A DNA stretch of 61,373 nt, the filler included, from Choristocarpus tenellus KU-1152 (Eukaryota > Protista > Phaeophyceae), in the NCBI GenBank assembly GCA_964200185.2. It is 10 parts of 10 records of this genome, joined end to end, with 100 filler letters (N's around TTAATTAATTAA, not from the genome) between each part and the next. Parts side by side here need not be neighbours in the genome. Positions count along the whole stretch, not along the records: positions 1 to 6,580 come from CAXNAD020007827.1; positions 6,681 to 9,759 come from CAXNAD020022471.1; positions 9,860 to 15,791 come from CAXNAD020009379.1; 7 more parts are not named here. One strand, given 5' to 3'. Position 1 is the first letter of the stretch. The number at the start of each line of letters is the position of its first letter. This document shows positions 1 through 9,973 of the stretch, piece by piece. Below the pieces are notes generated by a model. The model made no database searches, was not told the DNA's origin, and saw nothing but the letters and a program-made list of their open reading frames with translations. A program made the position numbers and the translations under genes.

Positions 1-729
1 TGTAACAAACGTTTGCACTTCGTTGAAATATAAGAAGAAATACTCGCTCTATTCGCCTGTAACACATATACCTCAATGCATCCTTCTCTCTTACCCACTG
101 CCCACCATATCCTGCCACCACCCTACCCCTCCTCCACAGCATGAAGGGATGCTGTTGATGCTGTGGTTGTGTGTGACTGCACATGATACTTTGTAATCAT
201 CAAGTTGTAGCCCTACACTAAAGGAAAAAACACACTAGTTTATGAGAGAAATAGCTCTGATGTATGATGGACATATACCATAGCATGTAGATCACTTTCT
301 TCCTTTGGTGTTATCCTTCAGTGTTTCCAACCATATATTTGTCAATTTTCCATATTTTCAACCTTTATCTCCTCTCCACCCCCCCCAGCTCTCCTAAGCA
401 TCTGCTCCCACTGGTTCGATGCTCTACAACAGATATCAAGGCGTGGCGTTAAGATAATGGACTTTCTGGTAGATGTTTTTTTTCCTTTCCAGCAAAAATT
501 GCATATTAACAACCACATTTAACATATGGCGGAGTGTATAGATGAAGAGAAAATGGTGAATGGGATCATATCTTGAAGCATAATGCTTTACTTTGGTAGG
601 ATAAAATATTCAATCCACCCCTTGACACCCAATATAGATAGTTTGAACAGGTCAAACCTCTCCACCACCCTTTTGCCCCGCCTCGACCTGCCTCCTATTA
701 CCCCTTATTGCCCTCTGTGCCATGGGCAG

Positions 730-1792
730 ATTATTAATGCAGATATCGGCTGTGGTGGGGATGGCGGGTTGCCTGGGTATTGTAGACATGGGTATTCTCC
801 CTTTTGGATATACCGAGGTTCAGTACATTCTTGGTTTGAGCCTCATCTTTGGGGCGCTTCAGGCTCATGAGAGTGTTATCATGTCCGTTACCTCCAAGGT
901 CATTCCACCTAAGTTGACCAGGTGACTCATCTGTCTTCCATGAAACACGCCCTGGACAGTTCTTGATATTCACTTGTGATGATGTATGAAAGGATGGACG
1001 TGGTGCTTGTGAGCGTAGGAGATGGTGTTGCCCTCCCCTGCCTTCACACATGCCTATGCCTACTCTGAACCATGTCTGCATCAAATTGTCGCTTGATCCT
1101 ACGGGGAAGGGAAGTATGATGCTGGCATTCTAGTACTGTTGTGTACTTGATGTTGCACAGGACATTGCTGTAGATTCATACAAGTTATTGAATTGTCAAG
1201 AAAATAGAGTCAAAGTATCTTAGAGGGTAGGGCCGCGTCCATTTGGGGGGCCGAAACCTATTGTTGCGATTTTGATGTAATTTCGGCTATCACGTTTGTT
1301 AGGAAGTGTCAATATCCTTGTTCCGGACACACCTTTTCATGACATACACATTTTACCTACTCTGAAACATTTTGGAGTAGGAAAATGTCATAAAAACACC
1401 CGTGGGAAGCCAAGTCCCAAATGGACAAACTGGGCAAAACTCGTACCCTCTAAGATACTTTCACTCAGACACAACTTGGAAAAATATATATTCTGTCTTA
1501 TTTGTTTTTCCTCGCGTTCACGCCCTTATCCCCAACCCTCGACTTCCAATACAAGCCTGACTTTTACCCTCGATCTTGTTTTCAATCATGGCAGGGGGGT
1601 ACCTTCAACTCTGGTTTTCTGGCAACAGAGGCGGGCACCTTTGGACGGTTTGCCGGTGACATGTTCATCACTATTATTGGTGTCCTTTCTCTTTCTTCCC
1701 TCAATAACTTCCTCTTCCTACCTTCAATGCTGTTGCTGGCACTAATGATACTTAGTATTGTTTTTGTTTACCCATCTCTAGGGGGTTGCTGA
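730..1792 (+). CDS. SPX-MFS (PHT5/VPT-like) vacuolar phosphate transporter, last two coding exons (about 730-921 and 1595-1792); 5' part not identified
   Basis: The exons translate to ...QYILGLSLIFGALQAHESVIMSVTSKVIPPKLTR and GGTFNSGFLATEAGTFGRFAGDMFITIIG...LFLPSMLL...*. This matches the C-terminal signature of plant SPX-MFS proteins ([33 protein letters not shown]). AG acceptors are at 728-729 and 1593-1594, and a GT donor at 922. The junction phase is off by one base at the G-run 1594-1599 (homopolymer error or a different donor). Confidence 0.8.
1207..1466. mobile_element. MITE family A copy (260 bp), inside the SPX-MFS intron
   Basis: TIRs are GAGTCAAAGTATCTTAGAGGGTA ... TACCCTCTAAGATACTTTCACTC. 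The interior matches five other copies in the window. No TSD is preserved. Confidence 0.9.
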
Positions 1793-2229
1793 AGTGCCCA
1801 ACTCTTGGGACTAGGGGCCTTGTGGGCATTGAGGATATTAGGGCTAGGGTTGTTTTAGTCTTCTAATAACCATGCATACACTTTTTTGAATTTCTTGACA
1901 GAAGAGTGTGTATACGGTGATGCTGGTTTGCGATATGTGTGTTGTATATATATATATATATTGTTTTAGATAATGTGTTTTGTGCCTCACTCTGTTCGTT
2001 ATGTGCAAATTGTGTAGAGCTCAGTCAGGTGGTGTGCCTAGGGTGAACTGTAGGGACTGTGCTGGGGGGAAAGGAAAAAAAATCTATGTAGATGGAAGAT
2101 GTATATATGGTTTTGTTCATCGCATCTGTTGATCAAATGTTTAGAAAATAGGGGTGATATGTTTGTGGGGTAGTGTACATCTTAGGGTGCACAGAGGAGA
2201 TGGAGCGAAGCTTTGATTGTTGCGTGTAC

Positions 2230-2782
2230 TCCTAGGACAGTGTGCATTTGGGAATTGATTCAAGGAGTGATACCTATATGTATATAAACGTCCCCTGTTG
2301 CACTGTTTTTGGCAAAGTTGTGTATACCACCACCATCAACAGGGGCAGGCAAGGCATCCTATGGTTGTGGCATCATATAGGGTCAGTTGTAGTTCAGGGT
2401 GCGAGTGATAGATTGTTGTTCATGCAAGGTAGGATAGTGTACACTTGGGAGTCGAAAGAAGGAGGGATGACTAGTATATATACACACGTCCCCTGCTGCG
2501 CTGTATTGGCAAGGTTGTGCATACTACTGCCATTTGCTAGGACAGGCAAGGCGTCGCACAGGGACGTTTGTAGCACAGGGTTCGAACGATTGTTGATTTT
2601 GGTGTAAGCACTTTTAGGATAGTGCATATGGATTGATACGAGGAGTGACTGGTATCTAAATGTATCCCCTGCTGTGCTGTATTTGGAAAAGCTGACATGC
2701 TACTGCCAGTAACTGAGGCAAGCAAGGCATTCTGCAGGATAGTAGTACGCGAGAGGGTCGTTTGTAGTTCAGGGTGCGAAGG
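2230..2782. repeat. Three degenerate tandem units of about 175-200 bp
   Basis: The anchor TCCCCTG(C/T)TG..CTGT.TT recurs near 2291, 2489 and 2665. Each is followed by GCAAGGC and then TTGTAG..CAGGGT.CGA. Confidence 0.75.
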
Positions 2783-4505
2783 TAAAAATGATGTGCACAG
2801 GGAAGCACTCCTCGTAAGGTTGAAGCACCATCATTCTTATTGATGATTTGTTCGTGTAGAGATGGCACCCCGTGCAGAGCATTTCGCAGGTCCTCAGCTC
2901 TGATGCAGAGTTCTAACTGAGCCACAACAGCAGTTATCACTGTGGACGGATGGGTTGTGTGCACTGAGATCAAACTTGTGAAGGCCATCGTTAGAACCAT
3001 GATGCGTAGGTAGTTAGAGTTAGGGTTAGGGTTAGTGTTTCTGAGAAGTGAGAGAGCAAGGGGGAGGCAAGATCTGATTGTGTGATATCTGTTATCAGAA
3101 CACTATGACTTACTTGTGACAAGGATCAAGTCTCTTGTTCCTGTCTTACGCACTATTACTGTTCAAATTTCCAAACCTTCAATCACAATAGTTCAGTCTG
3201 CTTGACATGTGCATGTATAGGTCATGACTTATTTTTAAAGAAAATGTTGGAGGCGCTCTGGTTTGTTCCTAGAATGACAGTGAAGTTCTGGGAAGGTTTC
3301 TATTGTTGTCTTGAGTACATTCTACGGCATACAAGAATGTAAGGAAGCTGCTGCATGATAGTTAATTCTACTCCTCAGTGTATGGTATACCATCCTTTTG
3401 GCGTTACTTCAACAAGTGCTGATTCAATGGTCAACAGGTGATGGACTCGGGCAACTATCAAATTCGCAAACAGGTTAACTTTTTTGTGGAAAGGTGATTT
3501 GGCCCTTGCTGGGGTTAGTTGACCACGGGTGTGGGGCGTTCGACCTTCAGGTGCCTGACTTCAGCAGCAAGGTCTTCGGCAACTGCTAGCAGAGGGCTCA
3601 TGTCAGCAAAACATCAGGCATTAGCCTTGTAGGTTTTTAATTCTGTCAACTGAAATACTCTAAGCAAAAACTTGGGCATAGGATCCATGGTCAAGGGTTG
3701 ACATGGCGGAGGATTCTTCAGCTCGGTGTCTGCCAGTGTGGCTAAAGCATTGTACCTCTGGGGCGACGCACGAAACACATCAAGAATTGGGGGAAAATAC
3801 GAAGATTGAAGGCACAGAAACGCAATCAGTGATTGCTACAACCATCTCAGCTGGTTGGTGTGAGTTCTGTCAATTCCAAATAGGTTCGGTCTTGTGCCCT
3901 GGTTTTCATTTCCTATCTGAGGAACCTTAATTTTACCCTCGGGCAAATATCCGACACCCTTTGTTGTCTCTTGCCATAGTTCAAAAATAACCCATTGAAA
4001 CGGGTTTGGTAGAGAGTATCCCGTAAAGCTGGCAGATGCGAAGTTATCCCAAAAAGTAACACTGAGAGTCTCAAAAAATGAGCGAACACTAGGTTGCGCT
4101 AAATTGTTATCCCTAGGTGGTGCTGGGACAAGGTGATGCACTTTTCCCCGATCAAAAATAGTGTATGGTCGTACATGTAGATTGTGGGCTCTACAGACTG
4201 ACATTTCACTATCATTACAATGCCGCCAACCCGAGTAACATTAGCATCACAAAATTACAGTTTTTGATATATATATATATATATATATCAAAAGGTGACC
4301 ACAAAATAATAATCGTTTTGTTGGTGTACAAGCACTCTGTGTTCTTTTGGGTGTCTCAAATGAAGAGCAGGGTGCTGAAGTAAGAACTAAATGAAGGGAG
4401 TTTCCAGAATGTATTGCGTTGAATGCAGTCCAGGTGAAGTGGGAGGGTGACTTTGGTTCTCCGTATATCTTTTCCCAAAATCGCATGGGTTGAAAGCAGG
4501 TTTGC

Positions 4506-4582
4506 TGTTATTATACCGTTACTGCCGTATGTCATATACCGTTATACCGATTGAGGTTCCTTGTCAGGAATACCTGATTTCC
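4506..4582. mobile_element. Probable LTR terminus (TG start), repeated at 61289-61373
   Basis: TGTTATTATACCGTTACTGCCGTATGTCATATACCGTTATACCG...ATTGAGGTT is also present, diverged, at the window end on a different contig. Confidence 0.5.
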
Positions 4583-6120
4583 TTGGAGGGTCTTCCATGA
4601 GAATGAATCCATGTATGTATGTATATATATTTATATGGGATCTCTTCAAGGAACCAGTTCCACAGACATGGGACTGCTCTTCATTCAGAGTTGTCAAACA
4701 TGGAAGATTTACTTTGTTCTCACATCTTGACATTTCTGATGATCCTCTCTGACAAGATTCGCAGTGAGTCAGTCCCCACAGTTTTGTGCAAGCAGTCTTA
4801 CACTTGTCCAACCTTAACCTTGTCCTCTCGGCTACGGTTCGTCTTGGTCCGTCTAGCCTGTCTTGCCCAGTGATTCTCTTCACCACCCTTACTTGAGTGA
4901 ACCAAATTCACACGATTCATACATGGATGGGTTGTAAATTTTTACGGGTTGGGTGTTTTCACAACTAATCAACTCAAGGGTTACGTAGTGCTCGTAGTGT
5001 ATTTGGGTACATCTAAGTGTCGTTGATTTATCTGTGTGTTGAGCGATTGTACCAGCATCCAACCCTTACTTACGCTCGACACCTCCTATAGCCTCGCACA
5101 TGATCCTCTGAGCGTACTTGTACTTGTCTATCCAGACTGTTGTTGATGTTGAACTCTGTGTGCTGATGAGGTGTCCCACTGATCCTCCAACAGCACTTGG
5201 TACAAGTTCAGGCCTGGGACTACATGCAGATCCTTCCCTCCTCGCCACCAGGGGGCCTTTGCCCACTTGTTGGATGGATGAGCCGATAGTGATGGGGCTT
5301 GAACATTGTGCACCTTTCTACCCTCATCGATTATAGTAGTGACTGTCTGCTTCTTCTTGCCCTTCTTGAGCTCTTTGATTGGGTGTGTCCACCCCACTCT
5401 TCTGATTCTCGGGCATTTATTCATCTTATTAGTCATTTGCAGGGTTGTTGTACCTTCCTGTCTCTATTTATTCCCGATACAATACCGCGTAAGTACCAAT
5501 GAGATTGGTCATTAGTTCTTCACAAACGTGACAATAACAATCACCACAATAGGCTCAGGAAAGAAGTGACCCAGACAGGGGCCTCCGTGTCTATTACTCT
5601 CAACAAATCGAGAAGTTAATCAGTACAGAACAGATCAACCTCAGAACAAAAGAGATGCCTAGGACGTCGGGGTGGTGACAGACAGGAGGTATCAAAATAC
5701 TCCGTTAGAAGGGAATGAGTCTTCGATTGTGTCTTTTTTGGCGTTGAAGAACAGCATGCGTACATATAACCCCTAATAGTGACAAAATATGACACAAAAT
5801 ATGGGTCGTACACCATATCAACAACATACAGTTAATATTGGACAGGAGGAAATCCAAAATCCAAAATCCAAAATGGTACTTTTCATATAGATTTGTTGTA
5901 TCTGTTCGTATACGGAAGCACTGACTGACTATGATACACTTGTGATTGCTAGTAAGGAAGAAGTACTACAATTGTACTATTGGTGTCGAACGCATACAAT
6001 ATCTCTTTACAAAGAACAAACTCACTTGTTCCTCTTCGTCTGTTAAAACGCATAAAATAAATGAAAATGGGAGGGAAAGTACAACACTTTCGTGTATAAT
6101 ATATTATATTATTACATCCA

Positions 6121-6166
6121 CCCTCTGACATTTTGGAGATGTGTCAGGGGAAAAGCCAATGAGAAG
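6121..6166 (-). mobile_element. 3' hairpin fragment of the (ATA)n-tailed retroposon family
   Basis: CCCTCTGACATTTTGGAGATGTGTCAGGGGAAAAGCCAATGA is the reverse complement of the family consensus. A more decayed copy lies at about 6489-6520. Confidence 0.7.
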
Positions 6167-6561
6167 CCAATTCAATATCATAAGAACCTCTGTAAAAGTA
6201 ACAGTTGTCGTAATTGTGAAACTTATTTTTTCTATCATCTATTTACTATTTTACTACTAGGCATCCTACACCACTCCCCTGCTATGCCTCCAACCTAGCT
6301 TAGCCCTACAGCACAGGGCGAGGAGCTAGGGAAGCATCCCAAGAATCTGACAGGCCCTTCCTTGCCTATTTCCCTGGTTTCTCCAGCTTAAAATACTTGA
6401 CACGTCTTGATAGAGTCACTTGTGTTGTGACAGACACTATGCGTAGTAAATGGGATTTGACACCTCATTTCCTGCTGATTTTTTTTTGTATTATGCCCTC
6501 TAACATTTTGTAGATATATGTATGATATAAACCTGGTTACGCCGAATTGTCTCGGTAACTA

Positions 6562-6580
6562 GGCCCAAAGTATCTGGGGG
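6562..6580. mobile_element. Terminus of a MITE family B-related element, cut by the contig end
   Basis: GGCCCAAAGTATCTGGGGG runs into the gap. Similar termini lie at 24822, 36255-36292, about 44457-44479, 54278-54297 and 54398-54434. Confidence 0.75.
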
Positions 6581-6680
6581 NNNNNNNNNNNNNNNNNNNN
6601 NNNNNNNNNNNNNNNNNNNNNNNNTTAATTAATTAANNNNNNNNNNNNNNNNNNNNNNNNNNNNNNNNNNNNNNNNNNNN
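6581..6680. other. Artificial contig linker (N44-TTAATTAATTAA-N44); repeated at 9760, 15792, 24880, 33216, 36155, 40335, 54298 and 57203
   Basis: The same 100-bp spacer occurs nine times, with a core carrying stop codons in all six frames. Confidence 0.98.
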
Positions 6681-6682
6681 GC

Positions 6683-6808
6683 ATGTACCTTGTGCCATAC
6701 ATCTCACAACAGTCCGGTTCTTTGGTGAAGCAAGGCTCAATTTTGATGTCGTTGATTCCAGTTCAGTCAGGTTTACAGCAACAGACTTGTGTAGTTTGAG
6801 GTGGGGAA

Positions 6809-6851
<43 letters not shown>

Positions 6852-7155
6852 GAGGAGGAATATGTCCAAGGTGAAGGTTGTGTACGATAGGGGATCAGTT
6901 CTGAAGGGGAAAGGATGTGTATATATTTATTTTCTGAAGGGGAAATCTCTGCAGCGCCTGTGGAAAGCAGTCTGTAGGTGCAGAGTGTTTACAGTGGTAT
7001 GTGAAACATTTTATTTAGTACCCACGAAGTATGTACCTTGTGCCATACATCTCACAACAGTCCGGTTCTTTGGTGAAGCAAGGCTCAATTTTGATGTCGT
7101 TGATTCCAGTTCAGTCAGGTTTACAGCAACAGACTTGTGTAGTTTGAGGTGGGGA
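6683..7155. repeat. Identical direct duplication of about 125 bp (6683-6807 and 7031-7155), exon-like on the minus strand
   Basis: On the minus strand both copies read AG|TCTGTTGCTGTAAAC...ATGGCACAAG|GTACAT (SVAVNLTELESTTSKLSLASPKNRTVVRCMAQ). Confidence 0.85.
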
Positions 7156-7991
7156 GGGGGGGTGGACAGGCAAAGGCAGGTCTATATTTACATGTGTTTT
7201 GTGGTGTTTTTGTGAGCATATGTACTGGCAGTGACCACAAAATGACAAAAGAGAGTGTGTTCGGCAACCTGTGATTCCATCGTCATGACGGGAAGGGCGA
7301 CCTGGTTAGAGAAACGCCTGAAGTGAAGTAAGAAGAATGTGGCACACTACTGCCTATGATAATAATAATAATAATAAAAAAAAAAATGAGCTCACTTGCT
7401 TCATCAGTTGCATTTTTTTGTTTGTTAAAGAGGGCAATTGCGATATACATCCCAGCGATTTTCTCAATCCAAACATCGTTTAACGGTGCCTTTGGTGAGA
7501 GAGCGTGGCAGTAAATCAACCATAAGTTTGTGTAGGAGGTGTCTCAAGGGTCAAGCCTTCAAAAGATTGCCTGGTGGAAGAATCTTAAGCCAATTTTCCC
7601 TCTTAAGAAAAGGATTTGTCAGGCACACAAAGCACAAAGATGCTGAACCAAACCCTTCACTTCTGAGGGCTTACCATGATGATGTCGACCATTTTGACCT
7701 GATGTTCCACATAGGGGGACACTGCAAGCGTCCAAAAAAGTTCACAAGATCGCTTCACCCCTATCGGTGGTATTTCCCACTGTATAGCTGTGCGCAGCTC
7801 ACTGAAATACTATTTTGCGAGTCTCATTTATACTCCACTCACTCGTATCCATATGGGCGTACTTTCAATCCTTTGTCAAGAACATTCAAACTTTCGTAAA
7901 ATCTAATTTTTCTACTTTTGCATTCTTGCATAGAGGATCTAAACCTGTGTCCAAAACACTCTCTACTCGATTTCAGATTTTGCAAACGTTC

Positions 7992-8172
7992 TTCCCTATC
8001 ATGTGTTCATTACTGGAAAGTTAGTGGACGGAATGTTCTCATTGACATTCATCCCTATCATGTGTTCATTACTGGAAAGTTAGTGGACAGAATGTTCTAG
8101 TTGACATTCTTCCCTATCATGTGTTCATTACTGGAAGTTAGTGGACAAAATGTTCTAGTTGACATTCTTCCA
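7992..8172. repeat. Tandem repeat, unit about 59 bp, three copies
   Basis: TCCCTATCATGTGTTCATTACTGGAA(A)GTTAGTGGAC..AATGTTCT..TTGACATTC occurs three times. Confidence 0.92.
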
Positions 8173-8687
8173 CAGAGTATCCAGCGATGACTCCATTCCT
8201 GTTGTAGCTTGTATCACTGGATTTAGTGCTGCTGGGACAAACTGGAGTTCATCCAGAATCAGGACCTGTATACTCCAAGTATGGGAACATAAACTACGAT
8301 TGATTGCCCATCAATGTTTGATAGAACTATACCTCAATCTAGAGTTGATGGTTTCAGACCTTGCTTAGTACTGATTGTACCAAGCCCTGCAGATTCATGG
8401 ATGGCAGTAACAATAGAGGAGTCGATTCGTAGAATACCATCACAGTAATGAATCATTCTTGAAAGCAAGCAAAACCTGTACCTTCCAAATGAATCTTTCA
8501 TGCCACCAGCACATTTCATCGGAATAATGAATGGATTAATGGGGATTCAGTGCCAAGGCTCCATAGGTTTTTAAGTGCAAGCAAGTATAATACACCATAA
8601 AGCAAAGGTGACATTTCATTAACACCAAAATTCTTGAATGTGGCATTCGCCACAACCCATAATTACAATAGTAGGTCCCTAGAGTTT

Positions 8688-8744
8688 GGTTTCTCCCCTG
8701 ACACGTCTGCAAAATGTCAGAGGGCATAATAATAATAATAGTTT
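8688..8744 (+). mobile_element. 5'-truncated retroposon (LINE 3' end or SINE) with 3' hairpin, (ATA)n tail and 20-bp TSD
   Basis: GGTTTCTCCCCTGACACGTCTGCAAAATGTCAGAGGGC(ATA)n is flanked by the exact direct repeat ATAGTAGGTCCCTAGAGTTT at 8668-8687 and 8745-8764. Confidence 0.88.
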
Positions 8745-8890
8745 ATAGTAGGTCCCTAGAGTTTCAACCCTATACACACACTATTCAGAGGAATACATCC
8801 TTAGCGGGGAAAAAAAAATGAGAATGAGGTAGACACAACACAAAACAACAAAATCCAGGTCTGAAAATGCCAATGAGAACTGAGAATGAT

Positions 8891-9757
8891 TCATGCACTG
8901 GCTCCAAACTCTGGAAACCCAAACATGTTTCGGAGGAGGCACCCCACCTCAGAAGGAAAAAGTTCATCCGGAAATGTGACTACTTCAAGTGCTAAAGCTG
9001 AGCGTCCTGCAGCTACAGCCCTCGCCCTGCCCATTGCTCCCTCCTCATGCATGATCACCCCAGGATCCCATTGGAGAAGTGCACTGTGCAGGGTAGTAAA
9101 CACCGACAGGCGAGCCCCTGTGTGACCATTGCCTCTGTCAGACAGCAAGGGTGGCATTAACGACGCCTCCCTTACAGCTGCAGAGAACCACTCTGTGGGA
9201 GTTGGATGTTCACTCTTCCAAGCCCCAACCTCTCCATCACACCTACCTACTCCCTTTCCACGCCGTCCACCTCCTCCATCCCATCCCAAGCTCCTCTCAG
9301 CTTCACTCCCACTACTTCCGCTCTGGCCATTTCGAACATCCAACAGGCTCAGTAGCCGAACAGCTCGGGTGAGCCTCCCACGCCTGAGCAGGACCTTAAC
9401 TGCAGTCCAACTCCTCCCCATCCTGCAAAGCATACCAACTGCAGATTGCAGAGCAGCATCCTCAAGCCTTGCTGCAGCATCCTCTCGACGAGAGGCCCTG
9501 TCAGGAACCCCAATCTCTGCCATCTCCTTGTCTCTGCCAGCCCCATTAACAGTCCCAGCACTGACCAGTTGGTCCCGAGAGGTAACACTTTCTTCACACT
9601 CCTGAGTCGTTAGCATCTGCCCTTGTTCCAATCTTTGCCTCCCCTGCGACAGCCCATCTGGAAATCCCTCGTATCCACACAACCTCAGCAGACAGGCAGC
9701 CAATTCAGGGGAGTCAGGTAGGACGCGGCATTCCAGGAGCTGTGTGAGCTCACCCTC
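8891..9757 (-). CDS. Mic1-domain protein (RMC1/C18orf8-like, regulator of MON1-CCZ1), terminal exon; 5' end cut by the contig end
   Basis: The frame is open from the contig edge: ELTQLLECRVLPDSPELAACLL...ALQSAVGMLCRMGRSWTAVKVLLRRGRLTRAVRLL. By eye it aligns with the Mic1 motif LHQFLQYHVLSDSKPLACLL...QLSLDMLKRL...IVEVLLSKHQVLAALRF. Confidence 0.72.
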   Translation of the reverse strand, partial: EGELTQLLECRVLPDSPELAACLLRLCGYEGFPDGLSQGRQRLEQGQMLTTQECEESVTSRDQLVSAGTVNGAGRDKEMAEIGVPDRASRREDAAARLEDAALQSAVGMLCRMGRSWTAVKVLLRRGRLTRAVRLLSLLDVRNGQSGSSGSEAERSLGWDGGGGRRGKGVGRCDGEVGAWKSEHPTPTEWFSAAVREASLMPPLLSDRGNGHTGARLSVFTTLHSALLQWDPGVIMHEEGAMGRARAVAAGRSALALEVVTFPDELFPSEVGCLLRNMFGFPEFGASA

Positions 9758-9973
9758 CTNNNNNNNNNNNNNNNNNNNNNNNNNNNNNNNNNNNNNNNNN
9801 NNNTTAATTAATTAANNNNNNNNNNNNNNNNNNNNNNNNNNNNNNNNNNNNNNNNNNNNTTTTAAAATTTTAAAACACCGTGTTACACCCCACACAACAA
9901 CTAACACCCCCGGTCGACACACAGGGAAAAAAGACCCCCCCCCCCCCCCCCCTCTCCCCCCAGCTAAACTCAC

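Noticed and set aside
412-420. tRNA genes at GGTTCGA motifs (414, 2579, 48679)
   Set aside because: No cloverleaf or A box could be built around them.
3012-3035. Telomere (also TTAGGG pairs near 13951, 15128, 15612, 15668 and 31979)
   Set aside because: There are only two or three units, internal to contigs. These are interstitial motifs, not chromosome ends.
6625-6636. TTAATTAATTAA palindrome recurring nine times
   Set aside because: It is always centred in the same N44 padding, so it is an artificial contig linker. Gene adjacency across it is also meaningless.
6633-7215. Poly-Pro and poly-Gly ORFs (also 40379-40736)
   Set aside because: They are translations of G/C homopolymer tracts near contig ends.
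9129-9605. 158-aa plus-strand ORF and similar shadow ORFs (e.g. 16548-16772, 42335-42598)
   Set aside because: They lie antisense to better-supported coding sequences.
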